From: Leptogorgia sarmentosa
Lineage: Eukaryota
Assembly (NCBI GenBank): GCA_964658305.1
Contig: OZ210885.1
Coordinates: forward strand, 5,208,001 to 5,272,000
Reading direction: 5' to 3'
Length of the DNA stretch: 64,000 nt
Shown here: positions 1 to 10,038 of the stretch, in pieces
Layout: each line of letters starts with the position of its first letter
How positions within the stretch are numbered: the stretch's first letter is position 1
Made by a program: the position numbers and the translations under genes
The notes under the pieces: model-generated
Told to the model about the DNA's origin: nothing
The model's input: the letters and a program-made list of their open reading frames with translations, nothing else
Database searches by the model: none

Positions 1-3000
1 AACATCTCAGCAAATGTTGTCATGATGACCCGAAGAAATGAAAGTAAACTTGTTGAGGAAGTATCAAGTCTCCATAAAGACTGTTGTCTTAGCCTAAAAT
101 GTTTCGAAGTAAAAGAAGCAAAGGACTTTATGTTCCACAGAACTGGGTTAACTCGTGATGACAACACGAACAGTATTTCTGAAAGTCTGGTTAATGAATT
201 GGGAGGATTGCCACTCGCTCTTGAGCAAGCAGGAGCTTATATTAAAGCACTTGGTTGCAGCTTAGCGAATTACCTCGAGCAATTTCAAACTGAACGCTTG
301 GAACTGTTGAAGATTCAAAAAGCAAAACCAGCATCACTCAATGAATCACCTGAGCGCCTGGCCGTCCATACGACATGGTCCTTAAATATCAAACACATCA
401 AAGAGAGCCAGCACGGTATGTCCGCCATCCGACTTATGAACGCTTATGCATTTCTTAATCCAAACGAGATTGAAGAAGAATTGGTCAATGTTGGTGAACG
501 TCCAGTTGAAGACAAAACATTCCGTGATTGCGTGAGCTCACCTCTCGGTACTCGTCAAGTTGTTAAATTGCTGACTGATTTCTCACTCTTTACTTATGTC
601 CATGCGCCCTCTGTCAGTACTCACCGCTTGGTACAAGAACTGATCAGGGAAAATCTTGAACCTAAGAAGAAAGCTGAGAGTGTTCTTGATGCAGTACGTT
701 TGCTTTCTTTCGCATTTTCTAAATGCAAATCTCCAAAACATCTTCTCAGTAATGTTGGTATTGAGGAACGCTTGACAGCCTATGATTTACTTAAAAACCA
801 TTCCCAATATTATTTGTGGTCTAAGCTTTGCTTTCATGGCTTTTATCTTCAAAAAAATATTGAAAGATTCCTAAGAAATCCGGATCCAAGATGTTTAGAT
901 TCCCTTTTCGTTTTGGAAACTGCTAAAGTTGTGTATGAATGCGCTGTTCACTTAAGTGCCAATCAAAAACAACATGAGGCTAAACGCACATTGAATTTTT
1001 CTTACCGAGTACTAGATTGGATTCCTGTAGAGGAGTACGACACATTTCAAAAGTTTCTTTCTAATAACTCTCTGCTTCCTCCGGGTGTTATTCCATTACC
1101 TAAATGGCTTCAGATTGTTATAACAAAATGTTGTGTGCCTTATATGAACTCCCTTGAACCTCTTTATGACACACCCAAGGTTATTCCTGATATTTCCGAA
1201 ATAGAACAGGAAATTGAAAAGCTCAGATTAGATGGGAATACTAAATTTAGAGATGGTCTGTATAAGGAAGCAGTTGCTTCATATTCTGCTGCAATAGATA
1301 TGAGTAGAGGTACAACTGCCTTCAACGCTTTATTGCTTACTAACCGTGCTTCAGCATACATCAAGCTCAAACAGTATGATGACGCTTTGAAAGATGCAAA
1401 TGAGTATATATCACGGTTGCCTGATTGTTGGAAGGGCTATGCTAGAAAGGCTTTGGCACTTGATGAGAAAGTCAGTGCTGAAATAGCGGCAGCACTAGCT
1501 TGTTATTATTTCAACCAAAAAGATGGTACATGTATTTTTTCAGAATACAAGCCATTCGAAGCGGCCTTTCCAGGCTTAAAGGAGCGTATTTTCTTGTGTC
1601 ATACTGTAGATCAGCTTATGTCAGCACTGTTCTCATTCAACACAGAAGATTGTCTGCGGGTTATAGTTCTTGGATCTCCAGAGTATGTTATAAAGGTCCC
1701 GCTCCTGCCCTTGAAGAACTGCATTATGGTTGGTACGAAACATGATGCCTCTGTTGCCCTGAAACGCGATGATTTAGGTGTCTGGCCGCTAGTCGGAAAA
1801 TGCATGCTTGCAAATCTTTCCTTTGTCATTAATGGTCAAGTAGCAGCTTGTCCTGATTCTTTCATTAAGTTCCTTAATTGCAATTTTACATCTCATCATG
1901 GTAGTTGGGCTGCAGTTTCATGTAACGGTGCGCTTAATGCAGAACGATGTAATTTCACTAACTCCAAAGCGGGTGGACTGGTTTGTGATGGACCTGGTAA
2001 TGCGGTTGTTGATAACTGCACATTTTCAGGTAATGTTAAGGGTGGTCTGGAAGTGCGCGGTAATGGACAACTGACAGTGAGAAACAGTCGCATGTATAAC
2101 AACAGTAGGGATGGTTTATTAATAGGACCTAAGGCGGCAAAATGTGACGTATTTGATTGTCAAATTTATCACAATGCTCGCGAAGGGATTGCAGCCTTAG
2201 ATGAGTCCAAAAACATCACTCTCATTCGAAACGCTGTTTTTGGGAATGATGAGAATGGTATATTCGTCCGTAACTCAGACGTCGATATGAGAGAAAACAA
2301 ATTTTTTGATAATGACGCTTGGGGTATTTGGTCACAGAACAACTCCTTGTGCAAGGTGTCAATGAATGAGGTTTTCCGTAACAAACGCGGAGGTATTCGT
2401 GTTGGTAAACGATTGGCGCTCAAAAAATTCCCTCCCTCTGTGGTTCAACTGAACAAAGTATACAATAATGGTGGCCCTGGAATTGTCAATACCATTAACA
2501 ACTTTGAAGACCTCCGTCTTGCTGCGTGCGATACAGACGTGTCGAAAATTCAAGGTGATTATAAATCGGCAAAATACAGTCAGAATGTCGAGTACAAAAA
2601 CGAAGAAAGCATTATCGTTGACAAATCAAAATTCTTTTCGCCCTGGTGTTCTGGCTGCAGCAGAAATTGTGTCGATATTAAATTGTGTGGGAAGTGTTAC
2701 ACTGCCGGGTATTGCGACAGGAATTGTCAAAGAAGGCACTGGTCAAAACACAAGAAACTGTGCAACATTTTACGCGAGAAATCAAGCTTTTTGATTCCTT
2801 CCTTGGAAAGGTCTCTTTCTGACCGCCAAATTAATATTCATGCGAAAAATCTTGATGAAGTTGGTCCCAAGTACAGCGGTCCTCCACCACGGAATGGTAA
2901 AAGATTCATTGTTAAATTGCAAACCGACTTTCAACATAAGTATCTTGGTTGTCACTTGATTGTCATTTACGACCGCAGTTTAACCATTTACGAAAGCTTT

Positions 3001-3153
3001 GAAGACAAATATATGTACCATCTTGTGGAGGAGTTTGGCGTGCTCTGTGAGAGGAAGTATCTAGAGAAAAAACTTTTCCTCTATTGCGTATATGAAAAAA
3101 GTGGAAAGCTACGATTGTTCATCAACGATTTCCCCGACTTTCAGAAATGGTGA
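1..3153 (+). CDS. STAND/NB-ARC NTPase (C-terminal part) - TPR - right-handed parallel beta-helix - MYND zinc finger protein (NLR-like), 5' truncated, single exon in window
   Basis: The frame is open from base 1 (NISANVV-MMTRR, resembling the ITTR sensor-1 motif). Motifs: ELGGLPLALEQAGAYI (NB-ARC GLPL), HRLVQELIRE (winged-helix/MHD-like), TPR (GNTKFRDGLYKEAVASYSAAI...NRASAYIKLKQYDDALKDA...WKGYARKA), PbH1-type repeats (NCTFSGN..GGLEV, IYHNAREGI, FDNDAWGIW) and a MYND pattern (CSGC...CGKCYTAGYCDRNCQRRHWSKHKKLC). Stop TGA at 3151-3153. Confidence 0.85.
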   Translation, partial: NISANVVMMTRRNESKLVEEVSSLHKDCCLSLKCFEVKEAKDFMFHRTGLTRDDNTNSISESLVNELGGLPLALEQAGAYIKALGCSLANYLEQFQTERLELLKIQKAKPASLNESPERLAVHTTWSLNIKHIKESQHGMSAIRLMNAYAFLNPNEIEEELVNVGERPVEDKTFRDCVSSPLGTRQVVKLLTDFSLFTYVHAPSVSTHRLVQELIRENLEPKKKAESVLDAVRLLSFAFSKCKSPKHLLSNVGIEERLTAYDLLKNHSQYYLWSKLCFHGFYLQKNIERFLRNPDPRCLDSLFVLETAKVVYECAVHLSANQKQHEAKRTLNFSYRVLDWIPVEEYDTFQKFLSNNSLLPPGVIPLPKWLQIVITKCCVPYMNSLEPLYDTPKVIPDISEIEQEIEKLRLDGNTKFRDGLYKEAVASYSAAIDMSRGTTAFNALLLTNRASAYIKLKQYDDALKDANEYISRLPDCWKGYARKALALDEKVSAEIAAALACYYFNQKDGTCIFSEYKPFEAAFPGLKERIFLCHTVDQLMSALFSFNTEDCLRVIVLGSPEYVIKVPLLPLKNCIMVGTKHDASVALKRDDLGVWPLVGKCMLANLSFVINGQVAACPDSFIKFLNCNFTSHHGSWAAVSCNGALNAERCNFTNSKAGGLVCDGPGNAVVDNCTFSGNVKGGLEVRGNGQLTVRNSRMYNNSRDGLLIGPKAAKCDVFDCQIYHNAREGIAALDESKNITLIRNAVFGNDENGIFVRNSDVDMRENKFFDNDAWGIWSQNNSLCKVSMNEVFRNKRGGIRVGKRLALKKFPPSVVQLNKVYNNGGPGIVNTINNFEDLRLAACDTDVSKIQGDYKSAKYSQNVEYKNEESIIVDKSKFFSPWCSGCSRNCVDIKLCGKCYTAGYCDRNCQRRHWSKHKKLCNILREKSSFLIPSLERSLSDRQINIHAKNLDEVGPKYSGPPPRNGKRFIVKLQTDFQHKYLGCHLIVIYDRSLTIYESFEDKYMYHLVEEFGVLCERKYLEKKLFLYCVYEKSGKLRLFINDFPDFQKW

Positions 3154-3844
3154 ACTTTAATTTGTGTGCGTATAATATCGTGAAAAATACATTGACAATA
3201 AGTGAACTTTATTTAATATATAATCATGGTATTTCATCAATAGTCATTTAGTCAATTTTAAAAATTTGTAGTATTTGTTTGTTCAGTGCACGTTTGCGTG
3301 GCGATAAACAATAATTATAAAATAGCTACATTGTGTATCTTTCCAACTAGAACTGTATATGGTAAAACAATTGATTGAATAAGTGTTAATTGTTAGTCTT
3401 TGCCTTTGTAAAACATTTGATTATGACATATATTTCAATGTAAATTGTATTAATCTGTTTATTTATTATTTCTTATTTATTTAATACTGCATTAACGAAA
3501 AGTTGTTCGATTTAGTTATTCGGATAAATGACTGGGGATAAATGGCAAGGAAAACAGAATTCAGTTCGAGTTACTGGCTGGGGAGTGAGTGGAGTGACCG
3601 AGTTAGTTAATGACGTTCTAATGCATTGGGAAGTTGAGCAGGTAATCTTGGAATTACCAAAAATGTTCTGTAAAGGGCTTTTCAAAGTTGTTAAACATAT
3701 TCAATGTTCGAGTCTGGGGCTGGTTGTATGATTTTGCTTATCTGGGATTAAATGAAGCGTAAATGATTTTAAGATGTTGGAAATAAGTCATGGCTTATGA
3801 CTTTATGATTTAAATAAAATAAGATTTCATTCTGCTGAAATATA

Positions 3845-4409
3845 AATTATTCACTTTATAGTATTCTCAATTTTGATTGGTCAATTTACCTGCAAATAAC
3901 TGCGTGCAAATAATAGTCTGAGCATGCGCATTTGTTAAAAAGGTTGCTCACCTGCAAATAATAGTCTGAGCATGCGCATTGCGTCACTTTTTTGTAAACA
4001 ATGGCGGCTCGTTTTCCTAAACTATCAGAAGACGAGCTGTCTTGTTTACTAGAGGAAAAAAATTCAGATGATACAAAAAAGCCACCAAAACGGCCGTCAG
4101 TGTCTTCCCGGCAATATTTAAAAGAAAGAAAAATTTAAAAGAAGAAGGTTTTTTCTGTAAACCAGTATTATTTTTTTATGAAATAAAATTTGTATGTAAA
4201 GCTCGTTGTATACGTCTACCTTGTAAGTATGCTTTGTAAGTGAATAATAAAACAATTATTGGACGAGATCTCGCAAAATATCGCGATTTTGTCGATGGCT
4301 CGCAGATCAATTATTTGCCTCTGCCTTCGGCATCGGCAAATAATTGATCTGCTCGCCACCGACAAATCGCGATATTTTGCTCGACCTCGTCCAATAATTG
4401 ATAATTATT
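3845..4409 (+). mobile_element. Non-autonomous Crypton-like hairpin element, copy 1
   Basis: 560-bp unit repeated in tandem. ATG at 4001 starts a frameshifted MAARFPKLSEDELSCLLEEKNSDDTKK-ATKTAVSVF-RQYLKE fragment resembling Crypton/DUF3504-type N-termini (recognised from memory, not searched). End IR ttattcactt / aagtgaataa; 148-bp palindrome 4253-4400; aattatt at both ends. Confidence 0.6.
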
Positions 4410-4973
4410 ATCACTTTATAGTATTCTCAATTTTGATTGGTCAATTTACCTGCAAATAACTGCGTGCAAATAATAGTCTGAGCATGCACATTTGTTAAAA
4501 AGGTTGCTCACCTGCAAATAATAGTCTGAGCATGCGCATTGCGTCACTTTTTTGTAAACAATGGCGGCTCGTTTTCCTGAACTATCAGAAGACGAGCTGT
4601 CTTGTTTACTAGAGGGAAAAGATTCCGAAAATACAAAAAAAAGCCACCAAAACGGCCGTCAGTGTCTTCCGGCAATATTTAAAAGAAAGAAAAATTTAAA
4701 AGAAAAAGGTTTTTTCTGTAAACCAGTATTATTTTTTTATGAAATAAAATTTGTATGTAAAGCTCGTTGTATACGTCTACCTTGTAGCTAAGTATGCTTT
4801 GTAAATGAATAATAAAACAATTATTGGACGAGGTCGAGCAAAATATCGCGATTTGTCGGTGGCGAGCAGATCAATTATTTGCCGATGCCGAAGGCAGAGG
4901 CAAATAATTGATCTGCGAGCCACCGACAAATCGCGATATTTTGCTCGACCTCGTCCAATAATTGATAATTATT
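4403..4973 (+). mobile_element. Non-autonomous Crypton-like hairpin element, copy 2 (hairpin centre inverted relative to copy 1)
   Basis: Direct repeat of copy 1 at offset 560. ATG at 4561 gives MAARFPELSEDELSCLLEGKDSENTKK, then a frameshift in an A-run. Palindrome 4818-4964. Confidence 0.6.
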
Positions 4974-6596
4974 ATTTGGTCAAGAGCAGTGGGTGAATTC
5001 GTCATATCTGCTCGGTAAAACACATATAAGACATAAATGTCGTATATTGAAAATTATATGACATTATGACGTCGACGAATTTATGCTGCTTATGTTAAAA
5101 GCGGCGAAAAAGACAAGTTCTTGTTTACAATGCAGCCGTTTACACTAAGTCGGATAAAGATACAAATAAATAATAAAGCAATTATTAAATTCGGTTCTCG
5201 TAGGGTATGCTGAATTACTAAGGCCTCGGTTTATGTTATTTCTCTCGGCCTTAATAATTCCTCATGTCCTACTCGACCTCATTCAATAATTGTTTATTGT
5301 TTTTGTAAAATACAATTTTTTTATTAACTGAAAGTTGCTTTACTTATTTCCATACCTCGAAGTCTTTCTACGCTTCATTTAACCAGGTGTCACAGCGGAT
5401 TTCCTCTTCGTTTCACCAGAACATAACTATCTAAGATACCACCACTCATCAAACTTTTCATGGAAAAGAAGAAATTCAGAGAAAGCACAAAAAGTTAGTA
5501 ATTTTTTCAATAATTTCCGAAATGTTGCTCAACAGACATGACATTTCAAAGGCAAGTGCTCGAGGCACGGACTCAGGGACTGGAATTTTGTACGTCAGTG
5601 TAAAATATATTAACTTTTTTACTAAGCGCGAGGTCTGAACAGAGAAAATATCAGACCGAGGTTTTTTGGACAGACCGAGCCTGTAAGGAAAAGGCTTGTA
5701 TAAAGACCAAGTAATATAACGTTTTCCCGAAAGGTAAACACTAGAATTAGTCAACTTGGATTGCATAATAGACAAAATTTTCAAAAAGTTCAAAATAGTG
5801 CAATATAATAACAACGTTAAAAAAGTTAGTAAAATTGCAGAGTTTGGTTGCGAAATGTTGTAAAATGCGAGAAATATACCCCTGTGAAGTTTGGAAATTT
5901 TGCATATTTTAGTGTTACGGACGCAAAATTGATACTCTTCTCGACAGGGGTATCAATTTGCCGTATCAATATACAAAATTTGAAAACTTTATAAGGTCAT
6001 ATCTTGCACATTTTAAACATTTCGCTCCCAAACTTTGCATTTCTACTAATTTGGGGATGCTCTTTAATGCTGTTGCTATGAATTGTACTATTTCGAGATT
6101 TTTAACCATAGGGTCAGAGCTGGAGCTGGTTTGAAGCACTGGATCGCAGATCAAGTTTCAGGATTCTTAGGATTAGGGTTACAGTTTTGAGGAGAGGCGC
6201 TTCTCGATGTTATAAAATATATTTCGTCAACAACGATGGAGGAGTCCTACGATACAAATAATGATAAATCTAAACTAAAATAGTAATTTTACAAGAAAAC
6301 ATGGTGGAATGACTGTATAAGAAGCAGTTACTCATTACTATAAACAATGAACTTACGTAAATTGGATAAAACGATGATAGTTCAATATAACAGTCTGGTT
6401 CTGTCCTGGAACGTAAAATCGACGTAAACAATATGGCCGAGGCCGACTCTTTTGAGCCGGTCAGCGGTACTTAATTAACTAGGGTCCATGCCCTAATGGC
6501 CGGTAGATAACTCTTCAAGTTTGAGATTATCTCAGTGGTTAGGATACTTTGTGGTTAGGGTCAGGTTAGGGGGTCAGCAGTCAGAATTGGGTTTAA

Positions 6597-8357
6597 GGAT
6601 TTGTGCATTGAGGACATTGTTATTTTGTGTATTTGTGCATTGAGGACATTGTTATTTTGTGGATTTGTGCATTTAGGACATTGTTATTTTGTGGATTTGT
6701 GCATTGAGGACATTGTTATTTTGTGTATTTGTGCATTTAGGACATTGTCATTTTGTGCATTTAGGACATTGTTATTTTGTGGATTTGTGCATTTAGGACA
6801 TTGTTATTTTGTGGATTTGTGCATTTAGGACATTGTTATTTTGTGCATTTAGGACATTGTTATTTTGTGCATTTAGGACATTGTTATTTTGTGCATTTAG
6901 GACATTGTTATTTTGTGGATTTGTGCATTTAGGACATTGTTATTTTGTGGATTTGTGCATTTAGGACATTGTTATTTTGTGGATTTGTGCATTTAGGACA
7001 TTGTTATTTTGTGGATTTGTGCATTTAGGACATTGTTATTTTGCCGGTGGATTTGTGCATTTAGGACGTTGTTATTTTGTGGATTTGTGCATTTAGGACA
7101 TTGTTATTTTGTGTATTTGTGCATTGAGGACATTGTTATTTTGTGGATTTGTGCATTTAGGACATTGTTATTTTGTGGATTTGTGCATTTAGGACATTGT
7201 TATTTTGTGTATTTAGGACATTGTTATTCTGGGAATTGGGCGTTTAGGACATTGTTATTTTGTGCATTTAGGACATTGTTATTTTGTGCATTTAGGACAT
7301 TGTTATTTTGTGGATTTGTGCATTTAGGACATTGTTATTCTGGGAATTGGGCGTTTAGGACATTGTTATTTTGTGGATTTGTGCATTTAGGACATTGTTA
7401 TTTTGTGGATTTGTGCATTTAGGACGTTGTTATTTTGTGGATTTGTGCATTTAGGACATTGTTATTTTGTGTATTTGTGCATTGAGGACATTGTTATTTT
7501 GTGGATTTGTGCATTTAGGACATTGTTATTTTGTGGATTTGTGCATTTAGGACATTGTTATTTTGTGAATTTGTGCATTTAGGACATTGTTATTTTGTGC
7601 ATTTAGGACATTGTTATTTTGTGCATTTAGGACATTGTTATTTTGTGCATTTAGGACATTGTTATTTTGTGGATTTGTGCATTTAGGACATTGTTATTTT
7701 GTGGATTTGTGCATTTAGGACATTGTTATTTTGTGTATTTGTGCATTTAGGACATTGTTATTTTGTGGATTTGTGCATTTAGGACATTGTTATTTTGTGG
7801 ATTTGTGCATTTAGGTTATGGTTATTTTGTGGATTTGTGCATTTAGGACATTGTTATTTTGTGCATTTAGGACATTGTTATTTTGTGCATTTAGGACATT
7901 GTTATTTTGTGGATTTGTGCATTTAGGACATTGTTATTTTGTGTATTTGTGCATTTAGGACATTGTTATTTTGTGGATTTGTGCATTTAGGACATTGTTA
8001 TTTTGTGTATTTAGGACATTGTTATTCTGGGAATTGGGCGTTTAGGACATTGTTATTTTGTGCATTTAGGACATTGTTATTTTGTGCATTTAGGACATTG
8101 TTATTTTGTGGATTTGTGCATTTAGGACATTGTTATTCTGGGAATTGGGCGTTTAGGACATTGTTATTTTGTGGATTTGTGCATTTAGGACATTGTTATT
8201 TTGTGGATTTGTGCATTTAGGGCATTGTTATTTTGTCGATTTGTGCATTTAGGACATTGTTATTTTGTGGATTTGTGCATTTAGGACATTGTTATTTTGT
8301 GGATTTGTGCATTTAGGTTATGGTTATTTTGTGGATTTGTGCATTTAGGACATTGTA
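6597..8357. repeat. Minisatellite array of interspersed 32-bp (tttaggacattgttattttgtggatttgtgca), 24-bp and 31-bp variant units
   Basis: Directly visible tandem units with no unique spacers. The rare variant ctgggaattgggcg occurs at 7229/7340 and again at 8027/8138 (798-bp higher-order offset). Confidence 0.97.
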
Positions 8358-8880
8358 ACTAACTTAACTTAGGTCAGGTTTAACATTGAAATACGAAAGT
8401 AGCCCGGCCTAAAACGTGACTGATACATGCATTTTGCAGTGAAAAAAATCGAGGATGGATTCGCCTTTCGCTCTACAATCGTGATTATTCAGTATGCATA
8501 AACCTTTTGTTATTGCATCTCCAACTACTGTGACGTTTTTCGTGAAGATTTTTTAGTAGAGATTTTAATTTTTTTTACTACAATCTCGTCATTAGGAACA
8601 TCTTACAAATGGTTATGAAAAACCTTTGGAGTGCAAGGAGAAAATCTCAGAACATGCACTTTGCTGGGGTCTCGGACTCGGTAAATACTTTTCTATTAGG
8701 ACACTGACTGCTTAATGATCTGAAACCAGAACACTCAACAACAAACACACGTTCCGGTTACTGCGCACGTACGAATCGTACGAATTGAGTAGATTCGACA
8801 GTATTGGACATTTGGGATTTCCCACACAATGCTTATTACGCTGGTTTTTGCACTTTTCGGTTGTATTGTGTTTTTGCTTT

Positions 8881-9100
8881 TTATAAAATAACCGGAAGTA
8901 AGTGAAAAAGATTGCTCGCGGGTGATTGGCCAACAGCCGTGTTGATGTGAGATTATGTAAACACAGCTATTTCCCGCTGCTTCTTTTGTACATTGACTTT
9001 TGTAAGCACTCGTTCCACACATTTCTCGTTCTTCCATACTTGCGCTTGCACTCGTGTTTACATAACTCGATGTAAACATGGAAAATGTTTTCTATTCCAT
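8881..9100 (+). mobile_element. Internally deleted copy of hairpin-element family 2 (ttataaaataaccggaag...)
   Basis: Homologous to 51398-51735 and to 23746-23993 (reverse). Retains the left end and the right hairpin arm. Confidence 0.75.
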
Positions 9101-10038
9101 AAGTATTAAACGTACGGGTCTAGTTCCTAAAGCGTTCTTCGGAACATTAGCTCACCTGATGGTAACTCAGACGGAGCCTCCCCTTTCGTCATTTTCTTTC
9201 CACAAAATTGGTCAACGTTCTTTCCCCACCCTAGGGAAGTACGTCGATACTGTTGCAATAGGGATAAATATCATCACAATTAACGAAAATTAAATCATTA
9301 GATTCTTTTATTTTAGCAATGAATACACATAACCAATAAATTAAAAACACAGGATAAAGGATTAATTATCCAATTGGTGTCCTATTCATCCTAAGAAGCT
9401 TCACACATAACATCCTTTGCAAATATTTTTTTTTTGCATATAAGAATTGGAATAGCTGGCTTCTAACAGCGGAAACTGCGAAAAGCATTCTTCACAACAT
9501 TCTATTTTAGAGAGAAGCCAGAAAAGCCAGAATGTACCTTTGACATAAAATATAATGTCATTGAATGTGGCGTGAAAAAAGAATTTCAAAAATTTTGAAC
9601 TACCCAAACGAAAATTTTACGAATGCAATATTTAGAATTGACGAAAGATAAATTTTCTTTCTGCAGATGTTGAAAACGGGCAAAAATAAGTTAGGTGTTA
9701 CATGGCAGGCAGGAAAAACAATTTTGCCGAGAAATTCTTTCCTGGATATAAAGCTTTTTTTTCGCTGGGCCCTGCTCAAGTACCTCGTTGCTGTCGATCC
9801 ACTATTAACACAAACACAAAAACAAATCATTAAATTCTTTTATTTTAGAATGTTACACATAAACACACGATTAGTTATCAAACTGATACCCTATTCATTC
9901 TTAAATGTGTATAAGACGCTTCACACTTTGCAAGTTTCTGCATATAAGAATTACAGGTTTTAAAAATCACAAATTATGCAAAACGTTCCTTCACAACTTC
10001 CTATTTTAGAATAAAGCTAGAATGTGTCTTGAAAAACG

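Noticed and set aside
1..3153. Bacterial contamination, suggested by the intronless NB-ARC/TPR ORF
   Set aside because: It contains a eukaryote-type MYND finger, has host-like composition and is contiguous with host repeats. There is no operon context.
4259..4996. ORFs 4259-4459 and 4805-4996 as proteins
   Set aside because: They are read-throughs of the palindromes, with no recognisable protein features.
6555..6572. Telomeric TTAGGG repeats
   Set aside because: Only two interrupted units; not a telomere array.
6597..8357. Possible CRISPR array, and the Cys/Phe-rich ORFs 6601-8220
   Set aside because: The units are contiguous with no unique spacers, there are no cas genes and the context is eukaryotic. 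The ORFs are translations of the satellite.
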